A program made the position numbers and the translations under genes. Positions 28,271 through 39,479 of a stretch of 64,000 bases of DNA are shown here, piece by piece. The DNA is from Marsupella aquatica (lineage: Eukaryota; Plantae; Marchantiophyta): positions 682,001-746,000 of the forward strand of contig OZ316896.1 of NCBI GenBank assembly GCA_973895155.1, given 5' to 3'. The notes under the pieces were generated by a model. It made no database searches, had not been told where the DNA came from, and worked only from the letters and a program-made list of their open reading frames with translations. Numbering within the stretch: the stretch's first letter is position 1; each line of letters starts with the position of its first letter.

Positions 28271-30465
28271 GATCACCGTACAATCTTGCCTCACGACGCG
28301 GGGCTATTGGTCCAATCGACCAAGTCTGTCATCTCGCCTTGGTCTCCATGGATTCAATTCTGCTGTTCTACAGGAGTTCTATAAAGTCTCCGATTGAGAC
28401 GACGTCTTTCCCAACAGGCAGTGCCAACTGCTATGTCTTAAACTGACTCAGGACGATGTTCCGCCAAGCAAACCTGCTCTGGTCAATCCACTAGCTCCAG
28501 GCTCACACTTCCTATCTCACACTTTCTATCAGCAGACTATCCAACCCGTATCCATAATTCAAACTGCAATCCAATCTTGACGCTCTGAAAGCAACCTTTC
28601 TTTCCTATTTAAGGTTGCAAGTTCCGGAGCAAATCTGTGATCAGCAGACCATCCATAACCGTATATATCGAGAATGTATTCGCATTGGAATCCAATCTTC
28701 GAGATCTGGGTGCTCTTCTTTTTTCTAATCAAACTTTGCAAGTTGCAGAGCAGAGACGTTTACTCAACTAGGTCCTAGGGAGACGGAACGCGCGAGACCA
28801 CGGATCCTTCGGTGAAAGGTCCAAACTCCAAACCTCAAAAGTCAGCCTAGCCATGTAAATTTCTGACGAAGAACAACACTTATTATTTGCGTCAGACTGA
28901 CGCATTTATGGCTCTAGAATGAAGACGTCTATTCTGGAATTGAATATTCTATCAAAGCTTCAACCGAATCAACCGAGCCGTTTTCGAAAGCGATCATCAA
29001 TTATACTGTAAACTAAACAACTCCTCCTGTCAGTTGCTCTTATAGTCTTATTGCTGTCCAGAGAATGACCATGCAAGGATCGAATGTCTTCACGAGTTCA
29101 CGGGGACCTGGCGAGTGGCGACATTGGCGACATTGGGCATCCCACTACTAATTAATAAGATGCACAGTCAGGTACGGAGTTCCCACTGTACTGCTTTGAA
29201 TAAATCAATTTATGTCATTTTTGTAGATAAGGGGCTTCACAAGGAGCCACACTGCCAGAGGGACAGAAGTATATTAAGTGGACCATGTCTAGATGGATGA
29301 AAGACTAGAGCACAAGTTTATGAGCTATATGCTTGTGAGGGACCCTTGCAGTGAGGTATATGCTTGATGATACCTTGCCAAAATAGATGTACTTGACAGG
29401 CCCCAACCAACTCAGAACACAACATCATGGCCAGGCTTGTATTCTAATTGTGGGCCATGCGCACTCTATTTAAATATATAGTTCACCTGGGCATTATATT
29501 CGAGTTTGACTATGTGTTTTCATTTTTTTATGTTCATTGTATTCAATTATTGATGAGCGTTTGAATATTAGCATTGGTATATGATTCTTGAACACAAGGT
29601 CCGGGCACGTTGTTAAAACTATGTTGTGTTTGAAGAAAAAATACTTTTCATATGGAGATCTAAAAAATTCCATTTTTGAACATGCAACAACCGAACACTG
29701 TGTTTGGGGGAAGATGGGAGGCCCCCCACACAAATCTCTGCCAATAATCACACATCAAAATGTGGTAATATATAGTGTGTATTCATAGATTTAAAGAAAA
29801 GTAAGAACAACAGTTATCATAGTATGGAGCGTCACACACTGTATATGTCATATTTTTGATGTGCAGTTTCCAAGACCTGACAAATTTTGTTACAAACTAG
29901 GCCCACAACATAGTTTCCATACACATGGTTCTTATGTGGTGCCTAAATGCATGGTAAGCCGTACATTTCCTATTGCAATCCATCGCACTTCGCGTCATAG
30001 TCCACTACGTGTACGTTTATGTTTGAAGACATAATGGATTATGTCTTCACATGATTACAGAATTTTAGAGGATCCATCACTACATGATAGCGGGTTTGTA
30101 CAACATTTAGTCTAGTTCTTGCAGCTAACAAAATGTCCCTGTTGGTATCTTAATTTGTTTCACACTTAGACAATTTTTAAAAGTTGCAACAAATGAAAAC
30201 ACCCAACTGAAGAGTAAAAGATACTTAGTTGGTTCCTTCCATACTTAGACAATTTTGGGGTCTAGATGTGAGCAGACTTTGTTCCACACTTCGGTAATTT
30301 TTTAACGTTGTAATAGGGACCAATGGCCAAAAGTAGAGGACTCATTCCATAACTAGACAAGAGAACAAAGAAAACATCAATTGAAAACATCATGCAAACC
30401 ATGTGCATAGGTTGCGTGACGGACAGAATGGTAGAAATTCAAACTTGAAGACATGAACAATTATT

Positions 30466-30806
30466 TGTTAGAATTAACTCTTAGATCTAGAGTTACAACT
30501 GTATTGCAGTTAAGGCTAACCTTAGTTGCAGACTAGGTTAGGTTAGGCTGCACACACACCATACCCAAGCGGTGTTTGCTTGGATAGTGGAAACTCAGGC
30601 TCATTGTTATAGAGCCAGTTGAGAGATAAAGAGAGCTTATGTTGTGTATGTTTGGTATGGTCGATCGGCCTAGAGTGCAGTAAAGCTCTTGTGTGTTCTC
30701 GAGGACGTAGCCTCATGTGGAGGTGAACCACGTGTCTTTCTGTGTCGACTACTTGATCGTTGAATGGTTATGGGCATGTTGTTGTGAATGTCGTCAATGC
30801 GCAACA
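30466..30806. mobile_element. Probable solo LTR
   Basis: 341 bp bounded by TGTT...AACA and flanked on both sides by TATT. Absent from copy A; homology with copy A resumes just after it (~30815). Confidence 0.55.
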
Positions 30807-30935
30807 TATTTTGCCATTTGAATAAATATTGCAAAATCCCCCAAAACAATGAGTGAATCATGTGAGTCAAAGAACTAATAAATTCAAACAACTTTGAAGT
30901 GGAAGCATGAAAAAATTTACCTTTTTAATTGAATA

Positions 30936-31370
30936 TAGTTAACTCTATGTAAGTGCGCACTCTCAGGAAGACTGATTTGGCATGCACTAAACCAGGTGTT
31001 GCAGTCCTTGATAAGTGCACCCCCCTAAAAAGTGCACTTATTGAGAAGTGCAATTGTTTTAGAATCCTTTGTTAAATTTAGAGCCCCTTTGTTTGTCATT
31101 TAGTCTAGTTCTTTGTATCCCTCCCATAACTATGTGCCAACCCTCCTCAAGTGCATTCTATACTTAGTAAGGATGGGCATGCATTTATCCATAAATGCAA
31201 TAAATTTCATGATTTATGCATTTAACAATATGAGCATAGAGACACTTATCAAGGGTAAGTCCACGTACCTGAAGACCCTTACGTGCAATACCTGAAGACC
31301 CTTACGTGCAGTTGGAACGATGGGAGTTTAACAAAAACCCTTGCACTTATCAAGGGTAAGCACAAGTGCA
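30936..31370. mobile_element. Truncated duplicate of the 14000-14475 MITE
   Basis: Same left TIR (TA|TAGTTAACTCTATGTAAGTGCGCACTC), same upstream flank and same body to ~31260. Right TIR lost. Confidence 0.8.
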
Positions 31371-31686
31371 CACATGGCAAAAATCATTTTGCTAGACTTT
31401 CCGCTACAGGAGCTGAAGAACGATGACAAGTACGATGGAAGGTTCAGGATTGCTCCACGGAGAATATGACTTTCCAGCCAGGAATACCAAACCAAGAGAC
31501 ATGGTCCCAAAGGCAAAAGAACCCAATAAAGGGGGGGAAGGGAAAGACCTGAAGAAGACCAAAGAGGCCCAACAAATCAATCACTATCCCACAAAACCCA
31601 AAAGACTAAGAAGCAAACAACAACCTAAAGAACCCTACTGGGCAATAAAGTGAAAAGTCAGGTAGAGTTCTGGAGCAAAACCCACA

Positions 31687-31815
31687 GGAGAGTCACTTAG
31701 GGGAGCTGGAGAGTCACATAGGGGAGCTGGAGAGTCACATAGGGGAGTTGGAGAGTCACTGAGAGGAGCCTGGTAGAGCTCTGGAATAAGCAAACCCCAT
31801 AGGAGAGTCACTTAG
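31687..31815. repeat. 21-bp tandem repeat (GGAGAGTCACATAGGGGAGCT-like) plus a 65-bp segment repeated at 54223-54287
   Basis: About four units 31687-31760. 31743-31807 matches 54223-54287 at 62 of 65 positions. Confidence 0.85.
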
Positions 31816-34168
31816 GCATTAGAAACCGAATGGGCATAAAATAAGGCCCTTAAGCCTTTGTAAAGGGCACCTGCCCAGATTTCTCCTTAATCTGCCCGAA
31901 AAACATTTGACGGATGAGATTAATTGCATCTAAGGTATCGTGAAAGGAATTGGCAAGCAGTTCTCTAAAGAAAGTTGGGATCTCTTTTGATTGTGGCGTA
32001 AGTACAGTACGTGTATGTACGTACGTAGATGTTGACAGGAATGCGGATCGTGAATGAGCCGACTCTGTCACTCCCTTTCCAAAGGAAACAGTCAAAATTG
32101 CATCTCGCGGGAGTGTTGCTGGCTTGCATGGAACTGACTTTTTGCGGGAGGAATGCCGAGGCATAGTGAATCATTTTTGAACCTTTCTCTCAACTGAATT
32201 GGATTTGAAGTGTTTGGTCAAATCCAATACCTTCCAAAGACAATCCGCGGGAGTGAAACTGAGGAGCGATGAGTAGAGTGTGCATCAAAAAGTAGAATTG
32301 AGTTGAATAGTGGAACATTGGAATGGTGAATTGAGCAGAGCGGTGCGATGGCGTCCCGATGGGCAGGAGGAATGTTGACAATGCCATACTGTGCAGCCAA
32401 AATGTATAAGATTGGGCAATTCTGCCCCGTGGGATTGTCATGGTTTTTGAGCTTTGTGAGTTTAGAAATAGACTAAATAGCTCCACAATTCAAGCATCGT
32501 TATGTGGTAGAGTTAGCGTCGACTTCAGGCCTTGCCAGTGCCATCAAATTGGAAGAGGAATAGTCTATTTTCCTGCTTTCAATTCACTCGCGACAGCAGC
32601 AATAGCTACGGGGAAGTGACTCGAGCGCAAACAAATTGTGGATGCGAAGATTAATTGAGCTTCCACTCGTGATCTTTCCATGCAAAGATTCAATAGCGAG
32701 GAGTGTGCACTATCGGGTAGCAAATTGCGAGGATCGGAGAAGCTGGGACCAGGATAAGATTCGCGCTGAGCCTTGGCCAAGAGTGAGCAGTGTTTGCACT
32801 GCCGGGTAGCAAATTTTAAGGATCAGCCACAAGCCTTTGTCGGCTTGCTGTGCAATTTTTTGCCTCTATTTACTTCTGTGGGCCAGGCGATAGATCAGGC
32901 GATTCTGAATTGTTGAGGTACGAGAATTGTCCAATTGTTTAATTTGTAGAAAGTGTTCTTGCACTTTTGGTTCTACACTGTGGTCATGTTCTCGTCATGC
33001 TGTGCTGTGTACAACTACATTGTCATGCTTTTCTCCTATTTGTGATGACCTGTAGCAGGGAATTTGTCGCTTGTGCTGCACGAGGTCTCCCAAGTTTAAG
33101 CCACGGACCATACTCGTCCAACGAGTCATCACATTTACAGGTATCCAATCTTGCCAATCATGCGGTTGTGCCCGGTTGCGTCTTTGACCAGGTTCAAGAA
33201 TTCTCTGCTTAGGTATGAAATTTGCTTTTCAGTGGATCCCTGATTTGCTCCGCTGATGAAACGAGGCCCAGCCTTTGCTTAGAGATCTAACCGGTGTGTA
33301 GGGGAGCAAGTTGGTGCAGCTGTCGGCCCTGAAGCAAATAGAGAGGAGACGGAGAAGCCTTTTGCACTTTTACTAAGAAAACATACAAAGCAGTGAGTGC
33401 GCATCCGAACTTCTGCTCAATTTGTTCCTACTTACTGAAAATTGTTTGGTTTAGTGTCGGCATTTACTGTACACAGGCTCCTGGTCTGCTACTGATGTCT
33501 GCTCTATGAATCTATGATACGCATCAGAATAATGGATGTCAGGCTAATGCATTTTTGTTTTTGAAATTTACAGGCCAGTAGCTGAGTAGCGATCCACGTC
33601 GAGTTAAGCTAAAGCTTGTGAGATTTTTACTGACCATTCTAAGTGAGTTGAGAGACAGAACTAGTGGCGACAAGTGGGAATGCAAACACTCCCGCATGGT
33701 TGCTCCTTGTTTTGTCACTCAACAAGCTTCCAATTACTACTCAGTCTCGTGCAAAACCCCTGTATTCATCATGGTTGCCATAAGGCCAATTTACATGGAG
33801 AGTTTCTATCCTGAGAATGCGACTATAGATACCCTATTTAACTTGGTCCCCTTAGTGGATAATTGATAACTCTTTTTAAACTCATGTTTACAGGAGTGTG
33901 TTTGGGAAGCCAACAATACCCGAATTGGTCTGCTTACACATATATTTGGACATTTCTTGAGGTTAGTGTAGACATAAAACCTAAGTAAAACCCCTGCTTT
34001 GCTAATTTATCGATTGAATGTGTCTAAACCTATATAATCCTTAATTGACTTGACTAGCCTAATGGCATGGTTTTTGTTTATGAGGGTACTAATACATTCT
34101 CATCAGAGTTTAATTCCTAGTACTGTTAATTTGATTTTTTAAAATTTGAAGTGAATGCTTAGGACCAG

Positions 34169-35851
34169 ATGTCAACTCCAGACCAAGCAAAAGACGCACC
34201 AGATGGGCACGGCTCAGAGGAGGTTCCAGCTATCATTGTTGGTGAACGTAGCATTCCAGGGAAAAATAAAAAGAGAAAGTCTCACTTGTCTAAGCCTGAT
34301 ATTGCTAAGAAGCAAAGACTAAATGGGGCCATTAGACATAAGTGGATGGCAACTTGGTACCTTAACCTTGTTAACATCAGCATGGTAGAAGATGAATATA
34401 GCACACCTGGAACTCCTTATGGCCTTCACATGTTTGTCCAATTTCTGTTTGAAATTGGAAAGGAGGCAATATCCGAATTCTTAGCAGATTTGATAGCCTC
34501 CGAAGGTAATATAGACAAAGCCAGCAAAGAGGACAACGCCTTGTTGGAGATGTGCAAGCAAGGTGCTTTGAATTGGAAACGCGAGTGGGCCCTTTGGTTG
34601 GATTCTGCAGAGAAGAAGGAGTGGATTACTACGGAGGAGGGGGCATTAGTGTGGGGGGTGTTCACAACTGATGAGGCTTTCCTGACCAACCGCAACACTC
34701 TAGCTGAGGAGATAGAAGGGTGGTTCAATGCATCAAGTGGGTCTACAGGAAGAGTGGTGACCCAAAGACAGGTTGATGAGCCCATTACAGACCCCTCCCT
34801 TACTTGTATCTCATTGAAGGACCTATACTCTCCTTGGGATGATAGTTCACATATTTGCAGTGATTCTCAACATGATTATCACCTTGTCCGTTTTGTTGGG
34901 GTGCATCTTGTTAACTTATTTGGAGCATCCATGGTGTATGTGGCCAAACGCTTTAAGAGAGTTAACTATGAACGCCATATCTTGCCTCAACACCGCATGT
35001 TTTCAGAAATGCAGGTTTGTGGGGTAAGGATGTGTGGATTAGTTAACCCTGTAGCCATGATAAATGATTATGAGTGTCCAACACTCATTTTTCCATACTG
35101 GAATGGAGGGACATTGGAAGACATGTTGGGCCACTTGAGGGAATTTCAAAACAACCGAATGTTGAGATTCAATGAGGCACCAGAGCAAAGATTGGCCATT
35201 TTTATGGACAGTTGCTTAGAGATTTCCCTTGCCCTTTTAGAGACACTCCGATGTATGCATTCAAAGGGGTGGCTTCACAATAGCCTGCATGCTAGAAACA
35301 TCCTTTTACATTTTCCAACATGGCAATGGACTAAAAAGGGAGAGCAAAAAGTGACTGGGACCACTGATCTTGTGTTTGTTGGCATCTCAAACTTTGGAAG
35401 ATGTTGCAAAGTCACGGGAACAAAAGAGGACTGGGCTCCCAAGTTTGGAGAATGGAATTGGGAAATCAACCCAGTTGGCCCCCCTCGTCACATAGCCCCT
35501 GAGTTGTATATGGGGGAGAACAACCGACTTTCTCCCTCTGACGGGTCAAGATTTTACACTGAGCTCACTGATGTCTATGCTCTTGGCACCTCAATTAGAG
35601 GGATGTGCAAAAACTACTTTGAAGGTTGGGAAAGGGTGCATTACATTGGTTGGCATGATAGATTGGATCATACACAGGCCTTTAGAGATAAGAAGGGAGT
35701 GGCAAGTAGGTTAGTGCATCTTTTACACCGTTTGGCACATCCAGACATGAAGATTCGGAAAACAGCAAAGACTAATGCAAGGCAATGGAAAGAGGATCTG
35801 GGTGTGAACTCTAGAAATGTGTATAGGCCATTGGCTGGATGGTTTACTTAG
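34169..35851 (+). CDS. Protein kinase-fold protein, probable pseudokinase (560-aa ORF; may have upstream exons)
   Basis: Ordered subdomains YVAK, FPYWNGGTL, MHSKGWLHNSLHARNILL, ISNFG, HIAPE, TDVYALG. The catalytic-loop Asp and the DFG Asp are both replaced. Basic patch KNKKRK near the N-terminus. Possible acceptor (CTTAG) just upstream. Confidence 0.8.
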   Translation: MSTPDQAKDAPDGHGSEEVPAIIVGERSIPGKNKKRKSHLSKPDIAKKQRLNGAIRHKWMATWYLNLVNISMVEDEYSTPGTPYGLHMFVQFLFEIGKEAISEFLADLIASEGNIDKASKEDNALLEMCKQGALNWKREWALWLDSAEKKEWITTEEGALVWGVFTTDEAFLTNRNTLAEEIEGWFNASSGSTGRVVTQRQVDEPITDPSLTCISLKDLYSPWDDSSHICSDSQHDYHLVRFVGVHLVNLFGASMVYVAKRFKRVNYERHILPQHRMFSEMQVCGVRMCGLVNPVAMINDYECPTLIFPYWNGGTLEDMLGHLREFQNNRMLRFNEAPEQRLAIFMDSCLEISLALLETLRCMHSKGWLHNSLHARNILLHFPTWQWTKKGEQKVTGTTDLVFVGISNFGRCCKVTGTKEDWAPKFGEWNWEINPVGPPRHIAPELYMGENNRLSPSDGSRFYTELTDVYALGTSIRGMCKNYFEGWERVHYIGWHDRLDHTQAFRDKKGVASRLVHLLHRLAHPDMKIRKTAKTNARQWKEDLGVNSRNVYRPLAGWFT

Positions 35852-36218
35852 GTGATAGACTCGTACATTCTAGGTGGCTTAATTTGGACAGGATAGGCTG
35901 TTTTATCGGCAATGGATGTGGCCGACAAAAAGTTACTTTGTCTATCATTATACATTAATGAAGTATATTTCATTGTTGACCACCTATTGCAAAAGCTGGT
36001 GAAAGGACAATTGCCGGCATGCCAGTTTTGTATTATTAAGGATTTTTGCCTTAAGGCACAAATGTTCCATGCCAATGTTGTATGTTTGGGGTGCATGTAT
36101 GGGTGGCTTGATCAACTGATGAGGGTGATTATTTTAACTGCCAATATGAGTTTTATTTCTGAGTATGAGCTTGCCCTATGGCTAATGAAGATATGTTTAT
36201 TGTACTCTCTTATACAGA

Positions 36219-39045
36219 ATGATGGCCTTGGCAGATGTCACCAACAAATGGGGCAAGGCCTATGAAATTCACTTTTCAGTGGATCCCAAATTTGCTCCGC
36301 TGATCAAACGGGGACTCAACATTGATTTACAAACGCAAAAAAAGTCTTTTTCAACAAAAAGGGAAGAGGGGTGCACAAATCTTGACTTGTGGATAGATGG
36401 AGGCATATACCCTAGAGATCCAAGGACTAACTTAGCTCCCCCATTCACCAATTTAAAAGAACTTGTGGTCTTCTTTTGCCTTGGGAAAAATGGGTTTTAT
36501 GGGTATGCCCAAAGCCTTGCACAAGAGCATGACAGAACTCGTGAGAGAGAAGAACATGCTCTTGCCATCAAAGGCCTAGAAATTGATAAGAGTGTTTTAT
36601 TAAAGGATAATCTTCAGTCAAGGGTAGAAAATTTGGGTTTGTTGGCGAAGATAAGGTCATTGGGAGATGACAAGGAGCAGATGTTAGAGAGGATTACTGA
36701 GCTAGAGGAAAGCTTAGCAAGACAAATACAGGTTGTGCAAGACCTGAACCTGGCACATAGAAGAGCATTGCAAGGCAGGAGCAAAGTGTTTGCTTCATTG
36801 CGATACAAATACGAGAAGCTGTTGCGAGATGGACAGGTTCGCAAAAGGAAAAATTTGACAGAGCTTAGCCAAACAGGTGGGCATGCAAAGAAACTGAAAC
36901 GCCAAGTTCGTTCCCTACTACAAGCAAGCACAACGAAGCAGGCTCAGGAACAGAATGCAGCAAGTGGGACAAAACAACACTTTTGTGGAGATGTTGATGC
37001 ACAAAGGCATAGTGCTATCTTAATTGCAAGCATGTTGACAAAAAGGGAGAAGGAATATATGGTGCAACAACCCAACATGACAACAACAATTGTGAAGGCC
37101 ACAAACAATTTACTCACTGAGGTTGGAGATCATGTCCAAGCTAGTGATATGTTGGCTGCGTGTGACACAACAGGTGTATCTCAAAAGGATTTGCTGCAAT
37201 CCGTAAAACTTTGAAGAATGGCTTCAAGGTTGTGCATCCACAATTGAAGCTTGCAGCTGCTGTTCCAAGTTCACATCAAGTGACCAAGTTGCGGACAGAG
37301 TACAATGCAAACCTGTCGCAACTCATTGGTGACTACAAAAGCCTACAAATGGAGCTTCCGGATGCTCCAACATCAAAAAAGGCCAAAACCACTGATGGTT
37401 CCAAACCAAAGAAGATATTGCTAAGTGACAAGAATTCTCTATTCGTTGATCTTGAAGTGGTTCAAAAAAATATGGTCAATTTTTATGGAATCACTAAGGA
37501 GGAGATTGGTGAAGCTCCACTACTTTTTGTGCTCAAACTTGACAAGGCAGAGATTGTGAAAAATCAGAAGTTTGAAAGAGTCTCCATCACCCTTATGAAT
37601 CGAGCATTGGATAGCACAATCCTACATGATGATCCTCGATACTTCTCGGTGCAATCCGATCGTGATATTTGGCCTGTGGCTTGCTTTGAGGTGGCAAAGG
37701 AGTCGCATGCACAACTTAAATACATCTTTGGTCATACATCATTTCCAATGGTCATCGAAGCACAAGAAGCAGGGAAGTTGCTGCAAGTCCCTGGAATGGG
37801 GGAATACAAAGTGGAATGGCATCTTACAGCTGACATGAAGACAATTAAGTGCATGTATGGTTTGCAACATGGTGCAAATGCCAAACACTCATGCATATAT
37901 TGTCTTCAAGAGAAATCAAGTAAAGAAGCACTGGGGAGTGATACTGCTGCAAAGAAAGCTGCTAAACTTCGACAACAACCTTCTTGGAAAGGTGGGCTAT
38001 TCTCCACATGTTTTGGAGCTGAACCTAGCCGTGGGACCTCAACTGATGTTGTTTGGGACCCAATATTTGCAATACCATTGACAAGGGTTCACATTTGCAC
38101 ATTGCATGCCAATGTTCGAATGGTGGAGAAAATTTTGCATCTCCATTTCATGTTTGTTTGGAACATGCAAAATAAGGGTTTGCAAGTGAAAGCCATACAA
38201 GAAATGGAAGATTCTTTGTCATCTGCCGGAGTTCATGGAGGTAATGTGCGAATATTCAAAGATCCAAATCTTTCGGGATCAACAGGGAGTGTCCCAAATC
38301 GACCTAGCATGAATGGAGCGCATGTTGCTAGGTTATTCAAAAGAAGCTCATCGTCAGATAAGGAGAAAGTTTGGATGGATATATGTGCCGCTGATAATCA
38401 TAATGGGCAAGGCGGAAAATTGTCTAGGATGCGCATGTGGAAAGCTTACGAGGAGTTGCAACCATACCTCACTGGGCTAACCTTGACTGCCTCACAAAGG
38501 GTGGCATTCAAGGACAAGATTGAGAATTGGGGTCGGTTGTATATTGAAGCCTTTGGTGAGCACCATGTGACTCACTACATGGTAAGTGGCTATATTATGA
38601 GTAACCCTTATTTGCATAATAGTGCCATAGATAGACACCGCAATATTTTAGTGAGAACTTCCATCAGTTGTTCCTGGCTACATCAATAAATATCGTGAAA
38701 GTATACTGGCATTATATCTAATGTTGGCTTTGCCCACAACTCTTCTGATGATTGCAGCATGTTTTGGTTCGGCATGCGCCTTGGTTTGTGGACAAGTATG
38801 AGAGTTTGTCAGTTTGGAGTTCTCAAGGTATGGAAAAAAGTCACTCATCAGCTAAATCAGCATACCAACGACACACACAACATGGTGGCACAAAGAACCG
38901 GACATCACCAGTAGTGCAGACATTTCAACATTGGTACCGTATTATACAACACCGAGAGAACAGCAAACTGAAACTTGCACATGCAGAGGACACAATATCC
39001 CATGGTGTCACAATGACCAATGAAGAAGATGAGAGTGCAATGTGA
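36219..39045 (+). pseudogene. RAG1/Transib-like DDE transposase with N-terminal coiled-coil region; 1-nt frameshift near 37185, intron 38582-38757
   Basis: Joined product reads ...CDTTGVSQK/GFAAIRKTLK...VPSSHQVTKLR...FVLKLD(37541)K...WHLTAD(37832)MK...CIYC(37892-37903)...ICTLHANVRMVEKILH...VTHYM|HVLVRHAPWFVDKYESLSVWSSQGME(38833)KSH. Intron is GTAAGT...TTGCAG, phase 0. Confidence 0.8.
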
Positions 39046-39479
39046 CCTCTTGAAATAGTCAACTGATGCACAATAGTTTTCATTTACTTGTGGCAAGAGT
39101 GTACATTGAAGTAGATCATCTTTACATTCCTGAGTAGCTACCTACTATGCCATGGAGTAAGGATGGCATGGCTTTGTTTACACTGGGCATACTTTAGGAG
39201 CAAAAAGTGACCAACGAAATAGGTTGCAAAAGGCTGTTGCATTTTATTGATGATAGATTCATAGACCTACTAGCTAGCTAGGCAGCTTTACACATGACTT
39301 GCAATGTGGTCCTACACTTTTTTAATGCGGAGAAAATTTCCTTCGCCAATGTCCTGGACTAGCATCACCTTCTCCTTCCTTGCATTTATCTGCAGATTCA
39401 CAAGTACTGAAGTCATCAATTATAGTTGAATGGTAAGGGTTAAAAAAGTGAATGACACTAGAAGAAAACAGGGCCCTTT

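Larger units (their letters stand above)
20015..31260. repeat. Tandem segmental duplication, copy B
   Basis: Colinear with 1-14330 apart from copy-specific insertions and deletions. Confidence 0.95.

Noticed and set aside
37175-37215. Programmed -1 ribosomal frameshift
   Set aside because: CAAAAGG is not an X XXY YYZ slippery heptamer; a simple deletion or sequencing error is more parsimonious.
34169-39045. Endogenous giant-virus (NCLDV) segment
   Set aside because: No viral hallmark genes recognised, and the transposase has a spliceosomal intron.
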